Positions 12,212 to 25,600 of a stretch of 64,000 nucleotides of DNA are shown piece by piece. Source of the DNA: Neoechinorhynchus agilis (taxonomy: Eukaryota; Animalia; Acanthocephala). The position numbers were made by a program, and so were the translations under genes. The notes beneath the pieces were generated by a model. That model was not told the origin of the DNA. It did no database searches and saw nothing but the letters and a program-made list of their open reading frames with translations. Position 1 is the stretch's first letter. Each line of letters begins with the position of its first letter. Where the stretch lies: positions 4,277,489-4,341,488 of the forward strand of contig CM121342.1 of assembly GCA_051530055.1 (NCBI GenBank), written 5' to 3'.

Positions 12212-13347
12212 ATGCGAAACTTGTTAATGTGTTTGCGATCAATTGCGGTTCTAATTGTAATTGGGATGTTTCTGATTTTATATTCTACTCGGAGCTCCTT
12301 TTACAAGTCGTCCATCTCTTCGCGATCATTTCAAGGGACACAGTACGCCAGTTTGTCTTGTTGGTGCGACCGAGGACGTCTAGGGCACTGTTTCCTCCTC
12401 CCAGTGGCTGCCTTATTCTGGGATCGATTGGGATATCGAACTATTGCGACCATCATTATTGGAGACGAATGTCAAGTTTTACAAACTATAGAACGTAGCA
12501 TTGTTAACTTGGGAGGAATTGTTCGATATTTGAATTCTAGCCGAAATGAAACTGCTTTGTCACTATCTACACTTGCTCGCATGTTTGCGATGATTGACCA
12601 AAACGATATTATGGATTCGGATAGACTGATCACCTCTGATGCCGATTTATTCCCAATCAATAAGCCATTTTATGAACCATTAGCCGTGATTCGGTTCGTT
12701 GGAAAGTATTCCATTAAATCCTAATGGGTCTTTCTTTTATTCACTATAACAATTTTGCGCTTCAAACATTTTAAAACACTCAAAAAAAACCTTCTTATTT
12801 CCAATGAACCAATCGCTTACCATCAACGGGGATTCTTGTAACCAATGCGTTTTGCTGTAGCCGTTTCAACTTTCGAAACGGCAAAACATACCCAATGTTT
12901 CCCACGTCCACTGTTTCCATGCCGGCACAATATTGGCGATCAATGTTATCTGATCTGGAACATTTTAGTGCTGATGAGATTTTAAACTTTGTAATAAACT
13001 CCACCGGATTTAATCTTGAAAACGTTCAGGTAGGAAGCAAAGAATGGTATACCGATCAAATACTCGTGAGTGTTCTACTGACTGAATTCACTGAAAATAA
13101 CGGTTATATTATCGGAAAAAGAGGATTTGATCAGACGAGAAGGTTGGATCGAAGTAACGATCTGTCTCAGTATCAAGACTTGGAGAACTATATAGACATT
13201 CATTTTATAGGATACGAAAAAGTCTTACAGGAAGACAAATACATTGATATCTTGAAAGGGTATTCCGCCATTCTATTAACCGAAGAACGACAAAACTATT
13301 TAAATTCATATATCAATGAATTTTTTAAACAAAAAATTAACTCCTAG
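12212..13347 (+). CDS. Putative type II membrane protein, possibly glycosyltransferase-like; two coding exons
   Basis: N-terminal signal-anchor, TSDADLFP (DxD-like) motif, second ORF TNAFCC..YPMFP..MPAQYW; intron ~12693/12705 to ~12810-12860. Confidence 0.55.
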
Positions 13348-13484
13348 TGGCAACTGAGCAGCGCGGGGGTGTGATAAAATGGGTTTTTGAAGTATCGTAA
13401 CGGAAAATCCTTAGACGCATTGTTTTATGAAAAGTGACAATCAATTTGTATAGTTTTTTTATGTTTAAACATCCCTTCGGATTC

Positions 13485-14115
13485 TCGGGTACCTCCTACC
13501 GTGGAAACGGGAAAGTCTCTTTCCCTCCCCCGAAGATAATAATCCAAGAAATCTTTTTAACTTTCTTTTTCTTAGTTTTTCCACCCCTCGGATTTGGATT
13601 CACTGCCTGAATTATCAGACGAGAAGTGAAATTTCGGAGATAAATAAACCAGTGAATTTTTGAATCCCCAAAGTGGCAAAACTCAGAAAAAGAAAGTCTC
13701 TTTTCCTCCCCCGAAGATAATAATCCAAGAAATCTTTTTAACTTTCTTTTAGTTTTGCCACCTCTCGGATTTGATTTCACTGCCTGAATTATCGGACGAG
13801 AAGTGAAATATCGGAGATAAATAAATCAGTGAATTTTTGAATCCCCAAAGTGGCAAAACTCAGAAAAAGAAAGTCTCTTTCCCTCCCCCGAAGATAATAA
13901 TCCAAGAAATCTTTTTAACTTTCTTTTAGTCTTTCCACCCCTCGGATTTGGATTCACTGCCTGAATTATCAGACGAGAAGTGAAATATCGGAGATAAATA
14001 AGCCAGTGAATCCCCAAAGTGGCAAAACTAAGAAAAAGAAAGTCTCTTTTCCTCCCCCGAAGATAATAATCCAAGAAATGCTTTTAGCTTTGTCGATATA
14101 TAAGGAGGTACCGAG
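13485..14115. repeat. Short tandem cluster of a ~172-bp dispersed repeat, bracketed by ~13-bp inverted repeats
   Basis: Period 13654/13826; ctcgggtacctcct (13485) vs aggaggtaccgag (14103); related to 47371-47946. Confidence 0.8.
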
Positions 14116-14154
14116 TTATATGATTAGAAGTCTGTTATTTAGGTTTATTCACCG

Positions 14155-14250
14155 GGTAAATAATTTTTTTCGGTTAAATACGATCCTCGCCGTAAAAAAA
14201 CTGATAATGAACCCGACGAGGTTCGTATTTAATCGAAAAAATTCGTTACC
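14155..14250. other. Imperfect 96-nt hairpin downstream of DGK
   Basis: Arms ggtaaataattttttcggttaaatacgatcctcgccg / cgacgaggttcgtatttaatcgaaaaaattcgttacc with a ~21-nt loop. Confidence 0.7.
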
Positions 14251-14347
14251 AAGACGTGTGATTGTAGCTTTGCGTTATTTCTGTTAGACTGAATGCTATT
14301 TCGAAGCATAATTGTCCCACGCAACTTTCTATACAGCTCTATTATTG

Positions 14348-17300
14348 TTATGATCGAAATTGTAACATTACTGGGAAACTTGCTCTCTCACGTTGTCGAT
14401 CAGGTTCAGTATTCCTGCGTTTAATTTTTCCTTTCTTTTTTCTAAGCATTTTTGCCTGCGAATTGAATTTCCCAAAAGTTATTATGTATCTTTTCGACTT
14501 ACTTTCAAAGCAGATTTGATTATGGATATTTGGCAAGGCTGTTGGAGCCACGGTTCTCCGTCGACTTGTACCGCAATTGCAGTCTTCAATGTAATATGAA
14601 TCTTTTAAAAGAAATCAATATTATTTGGGTGATGAAATAATAAAATATTGCGTACCCGTCCTCCTTGTGCAATCCGAATCCCAGACCTGATTCCACTCTT
14701 TATCTGTCCCAGATGAATAACCCCGGTTAATCCGATAACCTCCAACATTCCGTCGTAATGGTTCGGTTCAGTGAATCGCTCGTCCTTATCCGTCCCCCAA
14801 GGATTAGATCCGCTTCCCCAACTCAATATATTTAGAATTATCAATCCCTCAACGGGTGGTAGATTTACACTTTTTCCATCTACAACAACTTCGATTTCTT
14901 TGTATATATCTTTTATTGATCTACGACCCGCTATCATTTCACGAATACCCATCTTAAAATAATATCCTTTTGCTTGAAACCTACAAATAAAGTGGTTGCC
15001 TCCCAATTGAATACAACGAAAATCGACCTGCTATTAAATTTTGAAGGATTATCTTGGCGAGCCATATGAAAATCCAAGCAAATTGCTGCATCGACGCCAA
15101 TACTAAAATAGTTGTTCATCACAAATACTCGACTTTTTTCTACGGACTCCTCAGGTTCCTACTTCGAAGAGTTTAATTCCGTTTTTCTAGAACATTGAAT
15201 CCACCTACCAACTCTCCTGCCTTAGGCAATGATTGCATAACAACGGTCCATCGATCAAGTTGAACTTCATCCGAATTAATCGTATCTTGTAGAATTGCGT
15301 ACGGTTTCTGAACACCGTCATATCCGGATCCCCATCTCAAAACTCTCGCTAGATCGTTACCGGTACCAAGTGGCAATATAGCGATCGGAGGGGATTGAGA
15401 GACACTATCTTGTCTCACGACATCCAAACAGGATAATACCCAACCGATTGTTCCATCACCTCCACAAATCAGAATTTTGTAGCGTGGAACACTTCGGAAT
15501 ACATAGAGTCTAAAAGTGAGATCTTAATTCCAATAATTATTTTAAGAAGCGTTCGTACCCTGGTAAAGGTCCGCCGTGTTCCAAATCAAAAACTTGATGA
15601 GGATTAACCAACTGCCGAAATCTCGAAATGAGCAGTGTTCCTTGTTGACCGCCGCTTTTTGTATTCACAAATATCAAAAGGGGTGTAATGTCATCTCCTA
15701 GTGAATTTATCTCAATTGTTGGGATTATCATTAACGATAGCCTCCGGTCATCAATAGTTGAAGATTTTAAGGCACGGTACGCATATGCAGCTTCTTTTCC
15801 ATTCGAGAATATTATAACCGCTGCTCCGAATTCATAAAATATGATCTCCAATTCAAATGATTGAACTAAAAATGGATAAAAGTTTTGGCATCGATCATAA
15901 ATTCCAACGTGAAATTTAGAAGAAAACGCTGTTTTAGTTCAAAGTGACGCTCTGTTAAAAAAAACTCGATACATGGGTCCTTTTCTTTGTTAATAAACAA
16001 GACAGATTATTCCCTAAAGTTGAGATGATAATTGACTGAAGAAATCCAGCGTGATTGGACGAAATATTTCAAATGGATTTTATCTTTAATTAACCAGCAA
16101 CATCCCCTACTCCCTCGAAATCGCCGGTGGTGTCGCCAATGCAGCGGAAGGGCGGAAAATACGGAAATATCTTCACTTATCGAGGCTCACTTGGAGCGCT
16201 CGGCAGCTCGGCACTCTGCTCCAGGATCTCTCGAAGAAATTGAGAGAAACGACCGGAGACTCAAGAGCAGGCGTATTCCTTCGACAAAATATCTCGCTAA
16301 CAGTACAACGGGGCAATGCTGCCAGCGTGATGGCGACGGTCGAGGATGGACAAAAGCTGGAATTCGGCGAGAGGTGGTGAGTGTGTTAATTGTCGAGAAA
16401 TGAAGATTGATTGAATACATTTGTAAACAGGAAAAAGAATGTTTTTTTTTCAAAGTTTATAAAACTTTTTTTGGGGGGGGGCGGGGTTTCACCCATAGCT
16501 CTTCGGCAATTAAAACCGTATAATAACTACCTTTGTCATTATTTGTGAGACATTCCGCAATGATTTGTTCATACTTTCTCTGACTTAAAGATTGAGGCAA
16601 ATTTCCAACGAACAATCTAACACTGCTCCCATGTGGATCCTTTTTGTATTGAAGATAAAAACGTGATCGGACAAACATCAGAAGGGACTCCTATGGATTT
16701 CAAATAGCTCAAAAGACATCTTTTGCAATTAATCTACCCTTCTCTTTTCCTTTAAAATCAACAAAGGGAATTGATCATCATAGATGACGACGTCGTTTAT
16801 TTGTCCATCGTAGCAGGAGTCTACTAGAGAAAGATCTTCAGGATTGACTTTATCCTAAAATGCATTTTTGGTCACATGAGTGACTTTTAATACTCACTTC
16901 AATTTTAAACTCTTTTAGAGCCAAACGAATTACATCCTGAACTGTCATTGTCACTGTACAGCTCAGGTTGCAATATTGACAATCCTTTACACTATTTAAC
17001 AAAATGGTAGTTTGGGACAAAGAATATCCAGCCTTACTTCAAAATCCCAGAATATACTCTGATCGAAGATTTAAAAGGCTCTAAATCCTCCTTAGTCTGC
17101 AGCATAATCGCAGTTTGCTCAATCTGCTGAGCTGTTTTCGGGAGTGAATCATTAAGACGCCTTCGAAACGACTTCGTCTGTAGATCACGATTAAAAGTGT
17201 ATACATCGATCGGATAGTGATAAACGCCTAAACGAAATGAAGATCTTTGCTTTTAATATGTTACTTACTGCATGAAAAACGTTCCTCCTCGTCTACAACA

Positions 17301-19680
17301 GTTAAGAAGTAATTAATATGGTCGTCGTTGATTAGAAATGCTCTCATCGTAAATCTCTGGTTTCATCAGGGATGCCGAATAATCGCCGAAATCACAAAAA
17401 TGAACGCTTACAAGCAATTCATCGTAATTGCAGCTACTTGGAACCCATAGAGATCGCGGTGTTCCATAACGAATTGTTCGATTTCCGTCGTAAATATTTA
17501 TAAGTTCTAAACAAAATCAAGTGTTTTTTTGTCTTTTGGCGTATATGATTAGAGAATTATTTTTTAGAAGTCTTCAACCATTAAATTTTTTATTTTTTCG
17601 ATTAAATACGTTCTAAGAACCTCGTCGAATTTATTATCGGTTTTTTTGTTATTAAAAGACGCTTACAAAAAATCGAATAAATCTACCAAGTCCAATTTAA
17701 ATGTGGAAACTTGGCTAAATGGAGTCTAGCTTAATGGTTCAATGAAAAAACTGTTCAAATCATGAATTCCGGTCGCTATTTTTTTCCAATCTCTAACTAA
17801 TACTGATCCCAAAACCCATTGACATATCGAAGGCATAATAAAAGTGCGATCAATGCTCAAACATTTTGATTGTGAAAAGCTTACCACAATCAAAATCTTC
17901 ATCACCATCGGAAGTTTTGGAGAATCCAACGGAATTTCTGCACTTGCTTTGGGAAACATCTCCACTTGAAAGAGACACTTCATTGGAAAAAGGATCTAGA
18001 ATTTGCATTGACTGATCTAAGATTAAAAAAACTAATGAATATTTTAAGAGCAATATGTATGAAATTACCGGAGTCTTTGATGAGAAAAATTGATTCCCTA
18101 CTCAGGGAAATCCTAGGCAACGATATCGCTGTGGGTGGAATTAAGATCTTACTCAAACGTCCGAAATCACACGCGGGGCTCTTTTCGCCAACTCTTTTCA
18201 TTATTCTCAGACATTCCGAATGAACCTGTAATCGTAATTAGAAGAGAAAACTGAATCAATAATCGATGATTACTAACGGTAACATTGCACCATTCACATC
18301 TAAGACCAGCGAGACATTCCGACGATGAACACCATTTACCGCAATAAATACATTTGGCATAAGTGGAAATGCCTCCTTCTCTCCAATGATGAAGCGTCAA
18401 CTTAGCGAAAACTAAGGATAAAGTGTAAATTTATTGAGAAAAAAACATACTTGATTAGAAGTTGAAGTGGGTGTAAAAGTAGCCGCATCTTTACAATCAC
18501 TTACAGCCAAATCTTTACCATTGCCCTGCACCCAAAAAGATTTCCGGATCAATGTGCAGGACAACTCCACAACTCAGGTGTACTTTATAAGTACAAACTG
18601 AAGTTAAGAGTAAGGAGGACGAGCTTAAAATTTAACTTACTTTCACAATTGAATGAATAACAATCATCCAAACGGTCTCGACATACATTACAGAATCGTC
18701 TTTTACTTGATCTGATCGGCCTCGACCAAACATGAGCTACTGGTCGCTTAAAAAAAAAGAAAGATTTTATTTTCCCAAAACAAAAACCTACTTTTATTAA
18801 TGTAATTGCAACCGCAATGCATGGTATTGAAATGTGAGATTTGCATTTATCATGACAAACAAAATTACAAACTAAATTTCAAGGAAAAACTTAGGACTCT
18901 GTTGACTGCGAAGAAAATATAACCGAAATTAAATTAACAACTTCCCGATTTTTTGTCTGTATTCGCACAAAACCCAACCACAACATAAATTTAAACTGAG
19001 CTTTCTATGGAATTCAAGTTTTAATCTTATTATGTAAATGGAGCGGATATAATTTATGGAATTGTCGAGACAAAGGAATAATTCATTTTTTTCAAAAAAT
19101 TGAAGGAGAATTTAAGTTATCTGTAATTAATAGCAAATACATAAAAATGTCCGATTTAATCACTTCAAAAGATTCTCCACTTAATCTAAGTGTTTAAACT
19201 AACGAAACAGAAAACTATAAATTGTGATTTTTCCACTACTGATCTCTAAAATCGTTAACAATCTCAGAAACTGTATTTAATAAAAGTCTTGACTTTAGAG
19301 TCGTTTTTGCTATCTGATCAATTTTGCACGAGATCAATGAACGCTCCAAATTCCATCGCCGACCATCTAAAGTTGTCAACGATGAAATGCTGTGGGCACA
19401 AACCTTGACACACGAAACCGTTTTCATTGGTCAAAAGTCCGGCGACCGTATCGGTACAATGATGACAGTAGGTTTGTTTTTTGAAGAGCTTCCTGATAAA
19501 GAAGTGTCCAACATCAACAAGTCCTTTATTGGACCGGAAATAGTCGTCGGAATCGAGACTTGAGAAGGACATTTCAGGAAAGATTATATTATCTGCTCTA
19601 GGCTTGTTGCTTTTCGCTAGAGGAAACAGTAGATTCTCACAAAAGGCCTGTGGAAGATTGGCTGGTCGTTGATCCGACAT
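14348..19680 (-). CDS. DGKQ: Diacylglycerol kinase theta, about 18 exons
   Basis: Three C1 domains ([17 protein letters not shown]; HVWS..FCNVC; HHWREGG..C), RA-like and RRM-like (VRLFVGNLP) parts, catalytic [15 protein letters not shown] / [16 protein letters not shown], accessory [16 protein letters not shown]; the introns I traced are GT-AG. Confidence 0.92.
16093..16380 (+). mobile_element. 3'-end relic of a CRE-like (RLE-type) non-LTR retrotransposon in a DGK intron
   Basis: Frame without start codon reads [19 protein letters not shown]...[41 protein letters not shown]: the K..KY and QR(G)NA motifs of CRE-clade C-termini. Confidence 0.75.
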
Positions 19681-20059
19681 TCTAGAGGTTCCTATAAATT
19701 GTAATTGGCATAAGTTGAGCGGCCTCAAGCAGGTTAATGCTTGGTATGTGAAGAAATCCAGTTCTTAGCTAAAACTGATGGTACCTAACGGCAATTCAAC
19801 TCTAAAGAAAGAGTAGATCAATACTATTCCTCGCATCCGAGAGAGCTTTATAAGAACAGTTCCAGTTAGCGTTCTAAAAAACACGTCAAAACGCAAAAGT
19901 GGGGCGTTAAACAAATGAGAAATGAAGGCAAGGCTGATAGGCAGTGTGACAGTGAATTAAATTCTGAGGTGATGCGCAAAATAAAAACCCAGGGATAATT
20001 CGTGCCAGAGAAATGTGATTGATTTTTACGTAAAATATCGAAATTTTAATTTCAGCTCT

Positions 20060-21645
20060 ATCGCCAAATATCAAGAATTTAAAATTTGTTGGTTTTATTC
20101 GAAAACCTTAGAATTATCCATTTATATCACTATTTTTAAATTAGATTAATTTTAAAAATCTCTAAAGATTAGGCAAAACGCTAATCCCAACCCCTTTTTT
20201 AAATAAATTTGATTCCTTTACAAACCTAGATTTTGTAGCCACTCAAATAAAATCGCTTTTAATTTTCTAAAGGTATTTTCCCCAAAATTAAGTTTAATTC
20301 GATTACAACCTTTTTTTGCGAACAGCCTCGCCCAATATCAAGAATTTAAAATTTGTTGGTTTTATTCGAAAACTTTAGAATTATCCATTTATATCACTAT
20401 TTTTAAATTAGATTAATTTTAAAAATCTCTAAAGATTAGGCAAAACGCTAATCCCAACCCTTTTTTTAAATAAATTTGATTCCTTTACAAACCTAGATTT
20501 TGTAGCCACTCAAATAAAATCGCCTTTAATTTTCTAAAGGTATTTTCCCCAAAATTAAGTTTAATTCGATTACAACCTTTTTTTGCGAACAGCCTCGCCC
20601 AATATCAAGAATTTAAAATTTGTTGGTTTTATTCGAAAACTTTAGAATTATCCATTTATATCACTATTTTTAAATTAGATTAATTTTAAAAATCTCTATA
20701 GATTAAGACAAACGCGATTCTCAACCCCTTTTTTAAATAAATTTGATTCCTTTACAAACCTAGATTTTGTAGCCACTCAAATAAAATCGCCTTTAATTTT
20801 CTAAAGGTATTTTCCCTAAAATTAAGTTTAATTCGATTACAACCTTTTTTTGCGAACAGCCTCGCCCAATATCAAGAATTTAAAATTTGTTGGTTTTATT
20901 CGAAAACTTTAGAATTATCCATTTATATCACTATTTTTAAATTAGATTAATTTTAAAAATCTCTATAGATTAGGCAAAACGCTAATCCCAACCCTTTTTT
21001 TAAATAAATTTGATTCCTTTACAAACCTAGATTTTGTAGCCACTCAAATAAAATCGCCTTTAATTTTCTAAAGGTATTTTCCCTAAAATTAAGTTTAATT
21101 CGATTACAACCTTTTTTTGCGAACAGCCTCGCCCAATATCAAGAATTTAAAATTTGTTGGTTTTATTCGAAAACTTTAGAATTATCCATTTATATCACTA
21201 TTTCTAAATTAGATTAATTTTAAAAATCTCTATAGATTAAGACAAACGCGATTCTCAACCCCTTTTTTAAATAAATTTGATTCCTTTACAAACCTAGATT
21301 TTGTAGCCACTCAAATAAAATCGCCTTTAATTTTCTAAAGGTATTTTCCCTAAAATTAAGTTTAATTCGATTACAACCTTTTTTTGCGAACAACCTCGCC
21401 CAATATCAAGAATTTAAAATTTGTTGGTTTTATTCGAAAACTTTAGAATTATCCATTTATATCACTATTTTTAAATTAGATTAATTTTAAAAATCTCTAT
21501 AGATTAGGAAAAACGCTATTCTCAACCCTTTTTTTAAATAAATTTGATTCCTTTACAAACCTAGATTTTGTAGCCACTCAAATAAAATCGCCTTTAATTT
21601 TCTAAAGGTATTTTCCCTAAACTTAAGTTTAATTCGATTACAACT
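20060..21645. repeat. Tandem array, 267-bp unit, ~6 copies
   Basis: cccaatatcaag recurs at 20331, 20598, 20865, 21132, 21399. Confidence 0.97.
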
Positions 21646-22083
21646 TAAGATTCTCGTTATAATGTTTTCATTATGCAAGTGGTAAAGATTGATCAAGATT
21701 TACAAAAAACTTCTTTTTAATTGTTTTCTAAAATAAATTAGCGTCCAATAAACGAATTCGCTTTATTAGTTTCATTTATTGGAGGCCATGTTATTCAAAT
21801 CATTTTAACAATACTGACCAATAATCTCTTAATGTTGGTTTCCAATGATAAATATCTAATTTAAATTTTCTTTATAATTTTTCGCCGTTTGTGGACATAA
21901 AAAAATAGAAACGTTACAAAATAGAAAAATTCAACTATTTGAGGAATGGACTACAACAAAAATTTCTAACCTTTTTCCTTCCCTAACGTCTAGTTTGAAG
22001 GTTCCATGAGACACTCCAAGCCCCACCGTAAAAGGATAAATAGTTTTCCGGGGAATATGATTGGAATTAATGTATTTAATTTC

Positions 22084-22593
22084 AGTTTCAATTAGCGGTG
22101 TTTGATTTGGAAAAATCGATGTATCTCTAAAATTTTCGGTTTTTTCGTCGGCCTTCTTGAGTCAATTGCTTGTGAACTCCAATATTTAAAAACTTGCGAA
22201 ACAATTAACTGAAGAAGGCCAACGAAAAACCCGAAAATTTTCAAATAAATCTATTTTTCCAAAACCGAACATCGCTAATTGAAACTATAATGAATAATTT
22301 CTTTACAATAATGGTTTTAGGTCTTCATAAGGTAAATGATTATTTAAACAAAGTTTCGATTAGCGGTGTTTGATTTAGAAAAATCGATGTATCTTTAAAA
22401 TTTTCGGTTTTTCGTCGGCCTTCTTGAGTCAATTGCTTGTGAACTCCAATATTTAAAAACTTGCGAAACAATTAACTGAAGAAGGCCAACGAAAAACCCG
22501 AAAATTTTCAAATAAATCTATTTTTCCAAAACCGAACATCGCTAATTGAAACTATAATGAATAATTTCTATACAATAATGGTTTTAGGTCTTC
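22084..22593. mobile_element. Two tandem copies (268-bp period) of a ~203-bp foldback/MITE-like element
   Basis: Each copy has ~85-bp imperfect inverted arms (agtttcaattagcggtg... / ...catcgctaattgaaact). Confidence 0.75.
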
Positions 22594-22694
22594 TTACAAT
22601 CTACTCAGTTTCCATGAAACAAAAAACCTTGAGACTATTGGGTGTTTTAAAGAAATTATCTCTACGTTTACTAGTTGAACATACTCATCATAGT

Positions 22695-25600
22695 CTAGTC
22701 GATCGGCTGAACAGTTTCCCTGCAGATCGTATTTACATAAGCTGAAAGGATCTCATCTATCCTGTAAGCGTCTTTAGTGTAAAGTATTAAGGTATTTCTT
22801 TGTTGATTGTATCTAAGACTGATAAGTATATTTGGTCTGGAGATGTCCTCTTGGGCAGCAGTCCAACTATAAACGTGATCCATCGGTACAATTCTATCGA
22901 TCTGAGCTTCATTTGAGTTCATTGTTCGATAAAGAACAATTCCTTTGCCATTAATGGCCATCATGTCCAGGAAATCGTTATCTTCACATTCGATTGGGAA
23001 AAATGTGGCACCAAAGGTAAAAGGACTCGCTTGTTTTAAACACAACAGGAATTTGGTTCTTAAATTGATGTCTTTGTCTCTTCGGGAAACGGAATGTGAA
23101 TGAAGGCATTGTATGTAATGTTCAATACTTTTTGACTTCGACTTTCTTACTTTTAGAACATCTTTTACGGTTTTGAACAGTGCTACGTTTGATTGTAGCA
23201 CAATTTGGAAAGCAATTTCAGCAAGTTCGTTCTCCGTATGAGCGTTCAGATGCTGATGATAACCATTTAGGAAGTTTTTTAGTTCTTGAGGGAAATGGCA
23301 AATAGCATCTAAATGCCAATTCTGTCCAGGGACAACGTTCACCCACAATCTCCGTTCTACTAGAAGAATATAATCAACAGTCGATGTATCATTGGTTATC
23401 GCTCTCATCGATCCTTTTACTTGTCTTTGTTTTCGGTCCAATAAATAAAGGAGAGAGCGAACAAAATCAAAGAAGTATTCACATTGCCCAATGATACAAG
23501 AACTCTCTTGTTCATTTTCTCTTCCATTGATCTTGACAACGAGATGAAATGATGATGTTAGTTGATCACGGTCGTGTTCATTGAGGGGAACTCGTTTCTG
23601 GATCGCATTCATACATATTTCCTCGCTTGTGGAATCTGATTCTACTGAAATAGCTCCTTCAAATCCGTCCGGGTAATTTATCTTATGAAATATTTTAGTA
23701 GTACCTTTCTGAATTGCATCCACTTCAACGAAACATGGCGATGTTCGTCTTGGAAGCTTATCTCGAGCTCTGTCCAATCGCAGCAAACAGTCCGAAGCAA
23801 GGCATTTTTTATCGAGTTGTGCTCGATCGCTTAAAATTCTCTTCAACAATAAATTTAACTCTTCATCCGCAGGATGAACGCAACAACCAACTAATAACCA
23901 CATTAGTTCAAAATACCGATGCTCAGGTTTGCATACGGTGCCATTTAATTGCTTCAGAAGTTGACAGAAACATTCGTCCACTAAACTATCCGTCTCGATG
24001 TTGTCCAAGCAGGGAGCTATAATATTATTAACGCTGAGAATCCGGCCCGTGTCAGCATAGCGATTGATCTCGTTGAACATTGCGAGAGCCAAAGGTACGT
24101 TCTTTACAGTGATTTGTTTAAGGAGGCAATTCCTCAATGGTGCCGATTGGAACGTTGCCGTTTGTCCACTGTTAAAGTGCTCACGGGCATATTGCTCAAA
24201 CGTACTAAACCTCGACACTTGTTCACGATTCGCTATGTTCTTTATAACTGCCGTCGAGCGGTTTTCATTTATCGAAGAGTCTTTAAATATCGCCAACTTT
24301 ATCCGATTGAGTAGATTAGTACTTGGTTTATTCAATTCTCATCTATTCCAAAAGATATTTGGGCAAAAGTACGACTTTTTCGGTTCATATTATCACAGAA
24401 TCGACTGACTAACAACTTAAAAAAACTAGGAAATGCTCCTTTTTTTAAAAAAAATAGAATGGATGAGAATTAGCGTAGAAACCGTAGGAATAATATGGAT
24501 TGGAAAGTCAATAGACGGCAGCTTTATGTGCTTCTTTTCCTTTTTCACAATTAACGAATTATGCCACGGAGACGGATCAGACACTATCGTCAAGAGATCA
24601 CCTCGATTGAACTCGTTTCGGAATTGTTGAAGAGCAATGCAATATTTGGATCTTTTTCGAAGTCCTTCTAGAAACCATTCAAGAATAAAATGCAACGATT
24701 TGGCTATTCGTTCATTACAAGAAAGTTGTATCTCTCCTTGATGGATTAGACTTACCGAAAGGATATACCGACGGGATATTTCACTTGTAGCTTTTTCAGT
24801 TCTGATCCCTATAGTAAGCATTTCGGCAAAAGGAGCGTGTTTCGTTTCATCGTTCGTTCCTTGTTGTAATGAATCTTCAAAATGTTCATCCATTAGTAGA
24901 AGACCCGTCCAATTAACAAGAGCTGCGATCCGTTTTTGAGATCCTAATCGTCTGCACCAGAATACTCGCGAGAAGTAGGTCGGCCATTGCCGGAATGCGA
25001 AATTAACTACTTCATTTTTTAATGTTCCAATCGATACACAACGTTGTATTTCAATCTGATCTACAAAAGATTCTACAAACTCGTCTGAAATGCCGTGCAT
25101 AAATATTGTCTTTAGCTTTTCTTCATAGTGGTCCGTATTGGGAAATTTGACTAAAACAATTTTCGCTAATAAACCCGCGAATTTTTCGTTGTCTTTCAAT
25201 TGGTATTCCGGTTGGAAAGGATGTCTACTTCGACATCGAAGACCTTCATAGATTTGATCGAAAATAAGTTCGGTTGCGATAGAGTCAGTGGTACTGTCAT
25301 GCCATGGACTGAAAACCTCTTTTCTCAAATACAGTCGCCAATTGATAAAAGATGAGTATTTGGCGAGAACATCGAAGAAATACGCCGAGCAGTGATCCAT
25401 CTCTGCGTCTGAATTGAGGCAAACGAGTCTTGGTAGTGAAAAATCACGATTAGTGCTTGTTTCTGTTGAATTCACATTTTGGTTTTCAAATGCAATAAAT
25501 ATCGAAAATCCAAATCGATCTCTAAGACCAACAAAATCACAAATCTTGTCGATCATTTCGTTGCATGTACTCAGTGAGTCCACTGTGAGTTCGTATCTTA

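Noticed and set aside
16032-16403. 123-aa nested antisense gene in a DGK intron
   Set aside because: Shadow of the CRE-like relic encoded in another frame.
20060-22593. Matching 267/268-bp periods of neighbouring repeats
   Set aside because: The units share no visible sequence; treated as coincidence.
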